In this document: piece by piece, positions 32,656 to 43,528 of the stretch
How the letters are laid out: the number at the start of each line of letters is the position of its first letter
How positions within the stretch are numbered: position 1 is the stretch's first letter
From: a virus
Length of the DNA stretch: 64,000 nucleotides
Reading direction: 5' to 3' (one strand)
IMG/VR virus record: IMGVR_UViG_3300042731_007021
Location: 1 to 64,000 of that record
Position numbers and translations under genes: made by a program
The notes under the pieces: generated by a model
Databases searched by the model: none
Seen by the model: only the letters and a program-made list of their open reading frames with translations
Told to the model about the DNA's origin: nothing

Positions 32656-34385
32656 AAGGGTCCAGGTTACAGGGGTTTCTTGATCGGGTGACCACCATGG
32701 CTGACCGAGCGTCAGCCATGCGGCAGTTATCAGGGTGGATGACTCGTAACTTGAAACTTAATGGCCGCCCATACTCCTTCAAGAACCATGAGATGCAGAA
32801 GGCTATTGCATCTGACCTGCACCCCCGCAAATACGTTAAAAAATGTTCGCAGGTGGGGATAACAGAACTGGCGTTCAGGATAACAGCATCTATAGCGGCA
32901 GTGGCCAGGGCCAGAATAATTTATATATTTCCTTCGGCTAAATTTTCCCTGAAGATGTCCAATGATCGGTTTTGGCCGATCATTAATGAGTCGCCAATTT
33001 TGTACGGGATGCAGCATTCAGACTCAAAATCAGCTGAGATGCGTAAGTTGGGGAACTCAACCGTGTATTTCAGTGGGGCGTCTGGTACCACCCAGGCTAT
33101 CTCTATACCGGCTACCCACTTAATTACTGACGAAAAAGATTTCTGTGATCCCACGATATTGGGGCAATATAATTCTCGTCTCAGGCATCAGGAAGAGGAT
33201 CCTGTTACCGGGCACAAAGGAAGTAGGTTGGACTTCTCCACCCCCACTTTGCCGAATTATGGCATTTCCAGGGACTATGAAGAATCTGACCAGAAGCGGT
33301 ATACCGTCAAATGTTCAAAGTGTAATACCACCCAGGCCCCTGATTACTACAATGACTTCATTGTTCCTGGGTATGACCATGAGATTGCCTTATTTGGAGT
33401 CGAACACCTTTCAAATCCAAAATACCGGATAGCGGATGCCTATGTAAAATGCCGCAAATGCGGGCATGACCTTTGGCAGGATTTACTAAACCCTGCCCAG
33501 CGTGAGTGGGTAGCCAGATACCCAGATAGGCTCATGATGTCTGGGTACGCCATTTCTCCTATCGACGTGCCTCGGTATAACTCAGTATCGTCTATATTCA
33601 GGCAATTGGCGGAATACACGGTACAAGATCACCGCAATTTCGTCCTCGGGTTGGAGTACGAGGACAAGAATAACTCATTTTTAATGTCGATATTCGACAA
33701 TTATTCAGATGCAAAGTGGGTAGAATTGGCGGAGGCTAAAACGCTTACCTTGTCAGGAATCCGGATAGGAGTGGACATTGGTAAGACCTCGCATCTGGTG
33801 GTTTTTAAGCGGGTTAGCTCAAAAACCATCCACTTAATCCATGCCGCCAGACTTCATAAAGACGAAGGATTCATTTACACTCAAATTCAAGAATATATAG
33901 ACGCATTCAATCCGGAAATAACAGTTATCGACGCTCAGCCTGATTTTTCCACGGCACAAGCAATTGTAAATGACAACTCCATTGGAAAGGCGTTTGGGTG
34001 CGAATACCATCGCGGGGTTAAAGGGGCCTATACTTACCTCGACCCTAATCCTGACACTGGAGTGGTAAAGGCTGATCGATCGGGGACCCTGTCTGAATTG
34101 ATGAAACTGCATAACTCCGGGGGCATCCACTATCCTGTTGGCATCCACGAGGTAAACGAAGAAGTCAGGCCTCATTTAAAGGCCATAAAGAAAGTCATGA
34201 AGCCTACAGAATTCGGCGACGCCGTGTCATTTCCTAAGACCGGGGAACCTGATCACTACGGGCATGCCATGAACTATGCTTATATGGCAGACGTAATGGC
34301 ATCTGATGACGGGCTGTTTCCGACTTTGATCCGGATGTCTCCTTCCGTGTCAGTAGTAAGGATAGGGCAAAACGTAAACAGTTGA
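32652..34385 (+). CDS. terminase large subunit (GpA-like)
   Basis: KCSQVGITE Walker A variant, ITDEKD Walker B, FSTPT, CxxC pairs, GVDIG nuclease motif, DHYGHA. Confidence 0.9.
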   Translation: MKGSRLQGFLDRVTTMADRASAMRQLSGWMTRNLKLNGRPYSFKNHEMQKAIASDLHPRKYVKKCSQVGITELAFRITASIAAVARARIIYIFPSAKFSLKMSNDRFWPIINESPILYGMQHSDSKSAEMRKLGNSTVYFSGASGTTQAISIPATHLITDEKDFCDPTILGQYNSRLRHQEEDPVTGHKGSRLDFSTPTLPNYGISRDYEESDQKRYTVKCSKCNTTQAPDYYNDFIVPGYDHEIALFGVEHLSNPKYRIADAYVKCRKCGHDLWQDLLNPAQREWVARYPDRLMMSGYAISPIDVPRYNSVSSIFRQLAEYTVQDHRNFVLGLEYEDKNNSFLMSIFDNYSDAKWVELAEAKTLTLSGIRIGVDIGKTSHLVVFKRVSSKTIHLIHAARLHKDEGFIYTQIQEYIDAFNPEITVIDAQPDFSTAQAIVNDNSIGKAFGCEYHRGVKGAYTYLDPNPDTGVVKADRSGTLSELMKLHNSGGIHYPVGIHEVNEEVRPHLKAIKKVMKPTEFGDAVSFPKTGEPDHYGHAMNYAYMADVMASDDGLFPTLIRMSPSVSVVRIGQNVNS

Positions 34386-34447
34386 CTTAACACAGCAGTT
34401 GAACAACAATCTTATAAATTTTCAGGAATTTATCCGACACCGACTCC

Positions 34448-35887
34448 GTGGCTTCCTCACCAGAACAATCCAAAACCATATCTCTGCCGCGTAACGTCAC
34501 GTCAGTGGTGAAGTCAAGAACCGCTGAGTCCAAAGTTGAGCGTGGGCAAACTATCCTCAATGAAGACCGGACTTGGCGTGTAAGAGACCCGAGGACTTTG
34601 CGGACCCAGGGCAGGGTTATTGAGGCCTTACGGATCCTTGCCAAAGAAAACGGCAATCTCTCAACCGCTCTCTTTGATATGGTTCAGATCGCCAATTCCG
34701 GATGGAAAGTGGCCGCGTTTAAACCTGGCACTACCGAATTTTCAGAAGAGGGTACCATACTGGCTAACAACATCATGGCAAGTATGGACACTTTATATGA
34801 CTACACCAAAGGGTTTGGAAAGAAGCGCCCAATAGCTCAGATTGTGGAAACATTGCTCAGGGAGACAGCCATTACCGGAGGCGCTTCTATGGAATTGGCA
34901 CTTGATGTTGGCCGGTATCCTGACCGGTTCCAGGTGGTAGACTATTCCACGCTGGATTGGGTATCGGACGGTAAAGGCGGAAAATATCCACAACAAGTTG
35001 GCTTTGGTGACCCCATCCCTCTTAATATTCCAACCTTCTATGCTGAATCCCTGCACCAGGAAGCGAATACGGCATATGCAACCTCTCTGTTCCGGGCATC
35101 TTTGGAAGGAGTATTTTCTTCCATGGACTTTATAGCGGACATGAAGCGGGTGCTATTCAAGGCCGGGCACTCCCGCCTAGTGGTCACCTTGGATGCAGAA
35201 TCTATCGCGGCTTCAGCCCCTGAGGACATCCGAAAGGACGATAAAAAGCTGAAGGAATATTTGACTTCTGTAAAGACGGAAGTTGAAGACGCACTAAAAG
35301 ACATCTCCCCTGAGGACGCTGTCGTTTCATTTGATTCAGTGAAGTTTGACACTCATGATATTGGTGGAACCAAGTCAGATTACACCCCATTGCTTACCTC
35401 TTACTCCAATATCGAGGCTACCGGGCTCAAAACACCGCCCTCTATTCTTGGCATGCGAGCAGAAGGTTCCCAGAGTCTGTCCAATTCTGAAACCTTAATA
35501 TTTTTGAAGACGGCGGCATCCTTGCAAGGGCCTGTGGCCGCAGTTATGAGCCGAGCCTTGACTACTGCATGTCGGCTGTATGGCAGCGATGTTTACGTTA
35601 AATTAAAGTTCAAAGAAATAGACTTGCGGCCCCCTGCTGAATTGGAAGCATTTTATACGATGAGGGAACAGCGGATCATGCAGCGTCTGAGTTATGGTAT
35701 TATTACCGATGCTGAGATGCGCTATGAACTGGATATACCTTATCGCCCCGGTGCGCCAAAACTTTCAGGCACCCGGTTTTATGATCAGCCTGTTAAACAG
35801 GACACCTCAACGACAACCGGTGGGCAGGAAAATACGCTTCAGCCTGATTCAAGTACTCCGCGTAAGGGCGGCGGCAAGAGTCAATGA
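34448..35887 (+). CDS. portal protein
   Basis: 479 aa, between terminase and protease. Confidence 0.8.
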   Translation: MASSPEQSKTISLPRNVTSVVKSRTAESKVERGQTILNEDRTWRVRDPRTLRTQGRVIEALRILAKENGNLSTALFDMVQIANSGWKVAAFKPGTTEFSEEGTILANNIMASMDTLYDYTKGFGKKRPIAQIVETLLRETAITGGASMELALDVGRYPDRFQVVDYSTLDWVSDGKGGKYPQQVGFGDPIPLNIPTFYAESLHQEANTAYATSLFRASLEGVFSSMDFIADMKRVLFKAGHSRLVVTLDAESIAASAPEDIRKDDKKLKEYLTSVKTEVEDALKDISPEDAVVSFDSVKFDTHDIGGTKSDYTPLLTSYSNIEATGLKTPPSILGMRAEGSQSLSNSETLIFLKTAASLQGPVAAVMSRALTTACRLYGSDVYVKLKFKEIDLRPPAELEAFYTMREQRIMQRLSYGIITDAEMRYELDIPYRPGAPKLSGTRFYDQPVKQDTSTTTGGQENTLQPDSSTPRKGGGKSQ

Positions 35888-35923
35888 GTTTGCACCGGTT
35901 TAATTTTATGGTAATTTCCGCGC

Positions 35924-37396
35924 ATGCATAAATTCCTATCTCAAAAAGACATCTCATTATGGTTAGGAAGCGAGGCCAGTTATAACCATGTAGCAGACTG
36001 TTATGCCAAAGCCATGGCTATGATAACTGCTGGGACTGGCAATGGAATGGATGAAGATGAAGACGGCCCTGAATCCCCTATTCTGACTATCTCTGACGGA
36101 ATTGGGATTATTGATATCCACGGCTCGCTGATCGCCAAATCATCCTGGTGGTCCAGGATATTCGAAATCACTTCGTATGACGACATCCGCAATGCAATAG
36201 TGGAGGCTGTCGAAAGCCCAGACGTGAGGAGAATCATGCTTGACGTTGATTCATCCGGGGGCGAAGCGAAAGGAACCGGCGAACTAGCCGATTTCATTCG
36301 GGAAGCTTCCAAATATAAAAAGATTACCACTTATGTTTCTGGTACAGCCTTCTCTGCTGCATACTGGATCCCTTCTGCCTCAAATAAAATAGTGGGGCAT
36401 AAAATGGCGGAGGCTGGCTCTATCGGGGTCATCGCCGTTTTGGCCGAATATACCGAGATGTACAAGGAGGCTGGCATCAAGGTACATGTATTTCGTGGCG
36501 GAAAATACAAGGCTTTGGGCAACCCTTATGAGAAATTGTCAAAGGACGGGGAACGCATTATTCAGGAAAAAATAGACACCATGGAAGAGTTTTTTCTTGA
36601 CGCCGTTGCCGATTTTCGAAGGCTTGACCGAGACACTGCGAAAGAGTCAGTGGGGGAAGGCCGAACATTTTTTGCACAAGAGGCTGTTGACAACGGTTTG
36701 ATGGACGGCATAATCTCGTATGACAAGCTTTATACGGCTATGGTTAAATCGATCTCAGCAGACTCTGACACCAATAGAACTCTATTAGAGGAACTTGACA
36801 TGAAGAAAAAAGTGTTGACTGAACAAGCTATCGCGGCGAAGGCTGCAGGAGCCTCAAAAGAGGAAATTGAGGCTTTGATGGCTGAAGAAGAAGTCGACGA
36901 AGGTGGAGAAGCTTCGGATGAATCTGGAACTGAACCAGAATCTCAAGCCGAAGAGCCAGCGTCTGAAGAAGAAGTCGACGAAGGCGAAGAGTCTGAAGGC
37001 GGAGAGTCTGAAGGCGGAGAGTCTGATACTTCAGCCACAGATGCAGGCCTCATTTCTTACCTAAAGGACGAAAACAAGGAACTTCGCGCCCAGGTTGACG
37101 AGTTGAAAGGCGCGGCGGCCGCTGGAGCAGACGCCCAGGCCAACGAATCAGAACTGAAAAAAGTGGTCAGTGAATACATTGGCCAGATGTGTATTGCTTT
37201 GGGGATCTCTCCGATGAATATGTCCAGCATGTCTTCCAATATGTTGTTGACCCAATATGCAGACATCCGGAGGCAGTACACTTCAGAATTTACTGTTGGG
37301 AGTTCGGCCAACGTCCAGGACAAGGACGATACCGATTCCAAGGGTGAGGGCGTTTCGCATATTCAACGGGCAGCCGCGAAAGCGAACGAAATTTAA
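35924..37396 (+). CDS. prohead protease (S49 family) fused to an acidic scaffold
   Basis: DVDSSGGE, AFSAAYWI, GSIGV, GKYKA.GNP; Glu-rich C-terminal half. Confidence 0.9.
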   Translation: MHKFLSQKDISLWLGSEASYNHVADCYAKAMAMITAGTGNGMDEDEDGPESPILTISDGIGIIDIHGSLIAKSSWWSRIFEITSYDDIRNAIVEAVESPDVRRIMLDVDSSGGEAKGTGELADFIREASKYKKITTYVSGTAFSAAYWIPSASNKIVGHKMAEAGSIGVIAVLAEYTEMYKEAGIKVHVFRGGKYKALGNPYEKLSKDGERIIQEKIDTMEEFFLDAVADFRRLDRDTAKESVGEGRTFFAQEAVDNGLMDGIISYDKLYTAMVKSISADSDTNRTLLEELDMKKKVLTEQAIAAKAAGASKEEIEALMAEEEVDEGGEASDESGTEPESQAEEPASEEEVDEGEESEGGESEGGESDTSATDAGLISYLKDENKELRAQVDELKGAAAAGADAQANESELKKVVSEYIGQMCIALGISPMNMSSMSSNMLLTQYADIRRQYTSEFTVGSSANVQDKDDTDSKGEGVSHIQRAAAKANEI

Positions 37397-37418
37397 CTTT
37401 TAATCAAGAGGTAAAATC

Positions 37419-37889
37419 ATGGGTAGCACTACTCTGACGCGCTCACTGCTTGTAGATACTTCCTTAATGGGAATTATCACCGACGCATTGGGTGATAACA
37501 CCGACGAATATTCTTCCGATTATGACATCGGTAAAGGCGTCGTTCTTGCGGCAGGCTCATACGATGCAGCAGCCAAAGACGATGAGATCGAAGGAATCAT
37601 CACTTCTATCGAACCAGGCACTCGCAACTCCGGCTACAGTTGGGGAGGCGTACAGACCAAAGGCAGGGCACTGGCCGTTCTCGGGGCTTCCCAGGACACT
37701 ACTGCTGCAGTTGGCGACCTAGTTGTGAACGATACCCCTATTGCGGTGGGCACTGCCGGCATTATCAGGGTTTACGGTGAGGGCTCTACCGGTTTTCCGT
37801 CCGGGCCTTTTAAATTTAACTGGCGGATCATTCGTATCGTCTCCGGCACTGGTGTTGCTGGCGATACTGTACTGATCGAGCGCGTATAA
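37419..37889 (+). CDS. head decoration protein
   Basis: position before the capsid gene; ends G..GDTVLIERV. Confidence 0.7.
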   Translation: MGSTTLTRSLLVDTSLMGIITDALGDNTDEYSSDYDIGKGVVLAAGSYDAAAKDDEIEGIITSIEPGTRNSGYSWGGVQTKGRALAVLGASQDTTAAVGDLVVNDTPIAVGTAGIIRVYGEGSTGFPSGPFKFNWRIIRIVSGTGVAGDTVLIERV

Positions 37890-37903
37890 CTGGAGGTTCA
37901 GAC

Positions 37904-39106
37904 ATGGCGCAATTAACTGCAAAATTCAAGTTCACCGATCTGGACGGAAAGCTCCAAGAAGGGGAAATCAGCGAAGAAACCTACAAGGAGGCTTCTGACG
38001 TTAGTCTGAGCGTTTCCCAACTGTTGGCCCGCAAATACCCTACTGACGCGACCAAATACGGCAGCATCCTGTCCCAGGCATTGTCATCCAAAGGCCTCGT
38101 TTTGAAGCCGAATGCTGAACTGGGGCTGTACCCCACCAGAATGAGCGAAGTCTTTAATGGGGTTAAAACCTTCGCTGGGGCTATTACTTCGCCGGACGGG
38201 GATGGCAACACTACTCCTGCGGGTCGACTGTTTTTTCCCGAGGTTATTCTGCAAACCATCGCATCTGCCCTCCGGGAAAATAAAGGCGACTTTTTTGCCG
38301 GATACGAAAGCCTGTTGAGTGGCACTGATGCGGTCAACGCTCCGGAATTCAAACGTGCAATCATTGATGAGACAGCACCTGAGGATTCGGAATCGATGTC
38401 AACGGCACAGTTGGCTGAGCCTCCGGCAATGGTCAGCATCACCGCGGCGAATCGGACTACCCCGATTCCTAGCAAAGCCATTGGACTGGTTATTTCTGAT
38501 CAGGCCATCCAGACTGCTGCGTTTGATCTGGTCAATCTGGTTATGAGCCGCCAGGCTTACGGCGAGCGTGTTCGCATGGTGAACAATAACCTGTCTGACG
38601 TTCTGAACGGGAATTCGGACCTTGGCATGTCAGCTTTGAGTGTGGCGTATGTAGACACCCTGGACGCTGCTATCGTTACAGACGGGGCCATTACCCAGAA
38701 AGCGTGGGTGCATTACTTGCGTGACAATTATGAAAAGATGACGATTACCAATATCATCTGCACGATTGACACGGCACTGGCCATCGAAAACCGTACCAAC
38801 AAGCCGATCTACTCTGGCGACGATCCTCGCAGCCCGCGTATCGACACTTTGTTCAGTATCGATAATTTGGGGCTGACTCCTCCTCGCGTCTTTCTGGTCG
38901 ACTCAAGCGTGGTTCCTGACGATCGTATCGTTGGCCTGGATAATAACTGGGCACTGCGGCGCGTGGTTAATGTCTCAGCTTCCTACGAAGCAATCGAGTC
39001 ATTCTTAATGCGTCGTGCCAAGGCTTTTCGGGTGGATCACGGGGAATCCCTGTACCGTCTGTATGACGATGCGTTCTCGTTGATCGACTTGGCAACTACT
39101 CCGTAA
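37904..39106 (+). CDS. major capsid protein
   Basis: 400 aa with GGAGG RBS, followed by a terminator; synteny. Confidence 0.85.
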   Translation: MAQLTAKFKFTDLDGKLQEGEISEETYKEASDVSLSVSQLLARKYPTDATKYGSILSQALSSKGLVLKPNAELGLYPTRMSEVFNGVKTFAGAITSPDGDGNTTPAGRLFFPEVILQTIASALRENKGDFFAGYESLLSGTDAVNAPEFKRAIIDETAPEDSESMSTAQLAEPPAMVSITAANRTTPIPSKAIGLVISDQAIQTAAFDLVNLVMSRQAYGERVRMVNNNLSDVLNGNSDLGMSALSVAYVDTLDAAIVTDGAITQKAWVHYLRDNYEKMTITNIICTIDTALAIENRTNKPIYSGDDPRSPRIDTLFSIDNLGLTPPRVFLVDSSVVPDDRIVGLDNNWALRRVVNVSASYEAIESFLMRRAKAFRVDHGESLYRLYDDAFSLIDLATTP

Positions 39107-39130
39107 GAGCACAGGTTTGGGAAGCCGTTG

Positions 39131-39160
39131 AAAAAGCCGGGGATTCGTCCCCGGCTTTTT
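39131..39160 (+). terminator. intrinsic (bidirectional) terminator
   Basis: AAAAAGCCGGGGA ttcg TCCCCGGCTTTTT. Confidence 0.9.
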
Positions 39161-39229
39161 CATTTGTCAATTTGTTGGTTATTGAGTACTATTTGTTGAC
39201 CTTAACAACTCATTTAACTGGAGAACAGT

Positions 39230-39583
39230 ATGGCCCTTTCAAAAGCAAGCAAGCAGAAGGCAGAAACCGCCGTCGACCTTGACGACATCGCTGAAGAAGT
39301 CGAAGTGAATGAACCAGAAGCTCAAGAGGCTACTGAAGAAGTCAAAGTCGCGCCAGTCGAAGAGCCGAAGAAAGAGGCTGCTGAGACGGTGGAGACTGTC
39401 GCTAAAGAGCCAGAAGGCACTCCTCACTTGGTACTGCTGAAAGGCACCAGCCAGATTAATGATCCAGGCACCGGGGTTACTTTGATTAAAGGGCAGTGGG
39501 TAACCGTCCCTTATCTGTCTAAATGGGTTAAACGCCAGGGTGACGTTTATAACTATTTGGACTACAAGCCGATTAAAGATTGA
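39230..39583 (+). CDS. hypothetical head-associated protein
   Basis: acidic N-terminus; synteny. Confidence 0.65.
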   Translation: MALSKASKQKAETAVDLDDIAEEVEVNEPEAQEATEEVKVAPVEEPKKEAAETVETVAKEPEGTPHLVLLKGTSQINDPGTGVTLIKGQWVTVPYLSKWVKRQGDVYNYLDYKPIKD

Positions 39584-40062
39584 TGACTGTCGACTTTCTA
39601 GGCCTTACAGATACCGATGAAGTCAGGGCCTCTCTGGGCGTTGACGATACAGATATTCCGGATACGCTGATCACCAACCGGCGTCCGGAAGAAGATCTGG
39701 ACATCGACCTGTTAACCTGGCTCCCTACCTATGCGACTATAATATCGGAAGGCAATGGCGCTTCACCGACAGATGCGCAGACGTTGAAGTATAAATTACT
39801 TAAACTGTATGCCAAATACTTCATCTCTGCCCTGATCGCCTCAACCGCCATTACTGCTATTCTGCAAAAAGAGTCGGATGGGTCCAACGAGGGGGCCAGG
39901 TTTAACGATGCAAAAGCCTTGCGTGAGTTGAAGACAAGTGCCGAAGGATATGCCGCAAACGCCAAATCAAAGCTTGAACAACTGGTGAGTCCAGCGGAAT
40001 CCACCACCTATTCTCAGTTTGGCACTGTCTCCCCATCCTATGACCCGGTAACAAATGAATAA
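39580..40062 (+). CDS. putative head-tail adaptor
   Basis: synteny; ends YDPVT. Confidence 0.6.
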   Translation: MMTVDFLGLTDTDEVRASLGVDDTDIPDTLITNRRPEEDLDIDLLTWLPTYATIISEGNGASPTDAQTLKYKLLKLYAKYFISALIASTAITAILQKESDGSNEGARFNDAKALRELKTSAEGYAANAKSKLEQLVSPAESTTYSQFGTVSPSYDPVTNE

Positions 40063-40952
40063 TGGACCTTCGCCGGGTAGCTGCAAAATTTGAGCATACT
40101 GAGTTTGAGGGGTACGACGAAGATACTCAAACTTGGGATACAGAAGCGCTCACCGGTAAAGTTTTCCCAGTAGATAGGTTTCTATCCAACTTCCATAGGC
40201 CGACTCGCCGCCGCATGCTGGGCTTGGCTCCTGGGACTGTCTTGCCTGACTCCAGCACTATAAAAGTGCCTGAGACTGGAGAGATATTTATGATAGGGGA
40301 GGTCAGGCAGGATGCCAGAAATGGGGCTGCCTATGACTCTGTGGGTATCCTCCATCGCGCTGAAACCACTTGTACTGTCAATCGAAAAGCGCCGGCAGGC
40401 CCCACTGATAACCCAGGCCACCTGGTAAACTCAGAAATTGGCCATCATTACGTTGACATTGAATTACGTGCTCTCCAGGAACAAGAGGAGGCAGAAGAGG
40501 AATTTGAAGGGCATTATTTTATCGTACTGCCTCCGCATGCCGACATAGAAGAATGGGACCAGATCACTATAAGTTCTGATAATTACTTTATAAAGTCTTC
40601 TTATATAGATAGCGGTTTCAAATTCGCTCGTGCGGATAAACGGGAAGACCCAAGAGTAGACTTCACATACCATCGCCGGGAAGATACGTCTGCATACAAC
40701 GCTTCTACGGGAGTAGTTACTGACGGCCTGGTAGGTTATGATGTCACCGGGTTCTCCATGCGGGAGGGGATTTTGAAGACTGACTTCTCCCTACCTAAAC
40801 AGGCTGATATTACAATTATAGTAAGACAGGACCATATTGGATTTGCTCCGGTTTCAGAGGATGAGTTTACTTGGAAGTCGGTGAAATACCGGGTAAGCAG
40901 GGTAGAGTTGGATTTTCTGCAACAGCAGTATAAAATTCATGGCACCTTATGA
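40062..40952 (+). CDS. putative head closure protein
   Basis: synteny; beta-rich. Confidence 0.55.
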   Translation: MDLRRVAAKFEHTEFEGYDEDTQTWDTEALTGKVFPVDRFLSNFHRPTRRRMLGLAPGTVLPDSSTIKVPETGEIFMIGEVRQDARNGAAYDSVGILHRAETTCTVNRKAPAGPTDNPGHLVNSEIGHHYVDIELRALQEQEEAEEEFEGHYFIVLPPHADIEEWDQITISSDNYFIKSSYIDSGFKFARADKREDPRVDFTYHRREDTSAYNASTGVVTDGLVGYDVTGFSMREGILKTDFSLPKQADITIIVRQDHIGFAPVSEDEFTWKSVKYRVSRVELDFLQQQYKIHGTL

Positions 40953-41410
40953 GCAAGAATTCAAATTACGCCAAGAAGTTAACCAACATGTTGGGAAAGC
41001 TTCCATCAGAGGCCGTTAAAGCAACAGGCCGGGGCGTGTATCTGTCTGTCCTGCAGAACACCAGGCAGGACTCAGGGCAGGCGGCGTATAACTGGAAAAC
41101 CAGCCTCAATACTACACAGCAGCGTCGGTATAGTCACATTTATGGCCAAGGGCCGGTAGGGTATAAAGGCGAAAAGCGCAGTTCAAGAGGGATGACAGAT
41201 ATCGTCATCGACGATCGGTATAAAACGTTTGATGATAAACTGCACTTCAATAAAAATGTCAGATTCGTCTTAATTTACAATCCTTTGGAAGACCCCGACC
41301 ATGCAAGCAATGCTGAGTTGGAGTTGGCCATTGGGCTATCTACCGGGCAGGATTGGATGGACTCTTTAGCGGAGAGGGCGGCAAATGCCAACTTACGACT
41401 CAGCCGCTAG
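40949..41410 (+). CDS. neck / tail completion protein
   Basis: T.QDSG.A..NW motif resembling HK97 gp10-like proteins. Confidence 0.6.
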   Translation: MSKNSNYAKKLTNMLGKLPSEAVKATGRGVYLSVLQNTRQDSGQAAYNWKTSLNTTQQRRYSHIYGQGPVGYKGEKRSSRGMTDIVIDDRYKTFDDKLHFNKNVRFVLIYNPLEDPDHASNAELELAIGLSTGQDWMDSLAERAANANLRLSR

Positions 41411-41804
41411 GATCATAGAGGATTTCTTGGATTCAAATTGGACGTTCTCTAAAGTCGCGTTTGAGAACGTGGCCGCTATAGATTATTCAGATGCTGACCG
41501 AAAAGCTTTGTCGCAGGGGGAAGATCCGTTTATTGCTGTTAAAATAATCTACGGCCCTTCCGCCGCCGCCGAAACCGGGCAGAATGCAATTAAGCGTACC
41601 TGGGGCAATCTAGCCGTCGATTTCTACACCAAAGAGAACAAAGGAACCAGCATTAATCAGACCAACATTGACAACCTATCGAATCTGTTTGAATATAAGA
41701 CGATCAGTGATATCGTGTTCAGGGACATAACAGTTATGAGATCGGTGCCCATGGAAGGCTGGTTTATCACTCCAATTTTAGTAAGGTTTTATTTTAACCG
41801 ATAG
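41385..41804 (+). CDS. tail terminator-like protein
   Basis: VAFEN, G.L.VDFYT....G; precedes the tail tube gene. Confidence 0.65.
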   Translation: MPTYDSAARIIEDFLDSNWTFSKVAFENVAAIDYSDADRKALSQGEDPFIAVKIIYGPSAAAETGQNAIKRTWGNLAVDFYTKENKGTSINQTNIDNLSNLFEYKTISDIVFRDITVMRSVPMEGWFITPILVRFYFNR

Positions 41805-41816
41805 AGGAATGAACTA

Positions 41817-43004
41817 ATGGCCTTCGCAGATACCGCCAATTACTCACTTGCTTATGCACCTGAAACTACTTTTGATACCCCTCCGACCACCGGATATCGC
41901 CTTCTGAGAAATACTGGCGAAGGGTTAAATGTAAACATCGAATCCGCCCAATCCGACGAAATCGACTCCGACGCCCAGTATACCGGTACCGTACAAGTGT
42001 CCGGCAGCTCTGCCGGGCCGGTCAATTTCCAACTCTCTTATGCTGAATATGACGACTTCCTGGAGGCCGTGCTACGGTCGGCCGATTGGGATGCTGGGTA
42101 CAGCGATTCCGCTACTGACGTAGCCTCTCGGGTATTCACCGGACTGACAGACACAACAGGCTTGCTGCCGGGAATGATTGTTAAGGTCACTGGACTGACC
42201 GCATCCGCTGAAGACGGCGTTTTTACCATTGAAACCGTTAACTCCGGCACATCCTTTACCGTGGTAGAATCATTGACTGATGAAGCGAGTGGCACCATTA
42301 CCGTCACAAACTCAGGCTACATCATGAACGGCACTACTCAACGGTCGTTTAGTTTCGAGAAAAATTTCATCGTAGATGGGAGTGACAACTTCTTTCTGAT
42401 GTCAGGTATGAGGGCGGCCTCCATGTCCATGGCTATGTCCACCGGATCCATTGTCAGTGGCTCATTTAATTTTCAAGGAGCCACAGGACAAGCGTCAGCC
42501 TCTTCCCAAGAAGCCAGCTCATACTCGGCGGCCAACACCAACGAGTTGATGAACGCAGTATCTAACATCAATGGAATGTCCATGTACGCCGTTGATGTGA
42601 GTGGAAACTATACGGCCATTTCAGCCACCTTCCAGGAATTGTCTTTGTCTATAGACAACTCTATGCGTGATCAATCTGGTATCGGCAACTTGTTCCCGGC
42701 TGGTATCGGTGCTGGGCGTATAAAGGTAGAAGCAAACGCCACTTTATACTTTGCTGACCGTGACCTATTTGACCAATTTATTGTCAACGGCTCAGTGCAG
42801 ATTCGCTTCCAAATAACCGACGCCGAAGACAACTACGGAAACCGGTATGGATTCGTATTCCCTGAGATGAAGATAGCAAGCCATGAAGTTGTGGCATCCG
42901 GACCTGATTCTGATGTAATGGCATCGGTTCAATTTACGGCGCAAAAGGATGTTCGTTCTGGTACCAGTAAATCTATTATCGTGTCAAAGATAGACGCGGT
43001 ATAA
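41817..43004 (+). CDS. major tail tube protein with an inserted beta domain
   Basis: ETTF..P, LRNTGE.L, SDEI, RSFSFEK, LSIDN, ATLYF.D motifs. Confidence 0.85.
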   Translation: MAFADTANYSLAYAPETTFDTPPTTGYRLLRNTGEGLNVNIESAQSDEIDSDAQYTGTVQVSGSSAGPVNFQLSYAEYDDFLEAVLRSADWDAGYSDSATDVASRVFTGLTDTTGLLPGMIVKVTGLTASAEDGVFTIETVNSGTSFTVVESLTDEASGTITVTNSGYIMNGTTQRSFSFEKNFIVDGSDNFFLMSGMRAASMSMAMSTGSIVSGSFNFQGATGQASASSQEASSYSAANTNELMNAVSNINGMSMYAVDVSGNYTAISATFQELSLSIDNSMRDQSGIGNLFPAGIGAGRIKVEANATLYFADRDLFDQFIVNGSVQIRFQITDAEDNYGNRYGFVFPEMKIASHEVVASGPDSDVMASVQFTAQKDVRSGTSKSIIVSKIDAV

Positions 43005-43032
43005 TAAACTTTCTCGTGGGTTGAAGTAGGCT

Positions 43033-43072
43033 AACCCCGGATAACTTCTTGCAGTTATCCGGGGTTTCTTTT
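43033..43072 (+). terminator. intrinsic terminator
   Basis: AACCCCGGATAACT tcttgc AGTTATCCGGGGTT TCTTTT. Confidence 0.85.
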
Positions 43073-43111
43073 ATATTTTACTTCTTTACACAATCATTTG
43101 GAGAAACCACA

Positions 43112-43528
43112 ATGGCATTTGACGTTTCCAAAGGCAAGCGAGATCGCTCAAAAGAAGTTGAGGGCGCATGGTTGCACCTAGACAAAGAAACAAAATTCCT
43201 GGTGGCCAGAGCAAACAACCCTGAATATAAGGCGTTCATTGCCAAGAATTACCGGGAAAATGAGTCATTAATTAATAGCCCGGTGCATACAGATGAGGCC
43301 GACAAAGTGGCTGATTCTGCTATGTTAGAGGCTACTGCCACTTTCATCCTAAAGGGGTGGGAAGGAGTTACCGACGCGGGCAAGGCAGTAAAATACACCC
43401 CCGCCTTGGCGATAAAAATGCTGGAAGAGCATGATGATATTCGCCAGCTTATAGAGGATTTCTCAAAGAACCGCTCCAACTACATCGACAAGCAGGATAA
43501 GAAGGACGCTGAAAAGTTGGGGGAATAG
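43112..43528 (+). CDS. tail assembly chaperone (gpG-like); start MAFDVSK
   Basis: E.EG.W...FLVARANNPEY...ILKGWEGV...YTP; GGAG RBS. Confidence 0.8.
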   Translation: MAFDVSKGKRDRSKEVEGAWLHLDKETKFLVARANNPEYKAFIAKNYRENESLINSPVHTDEADKVADSAMLEATATFILKGWEGVTDAGKAVKYTPALAIKMLEEHDDIRQLIEDFSKNRSNYIDKQDKKDAEKLGE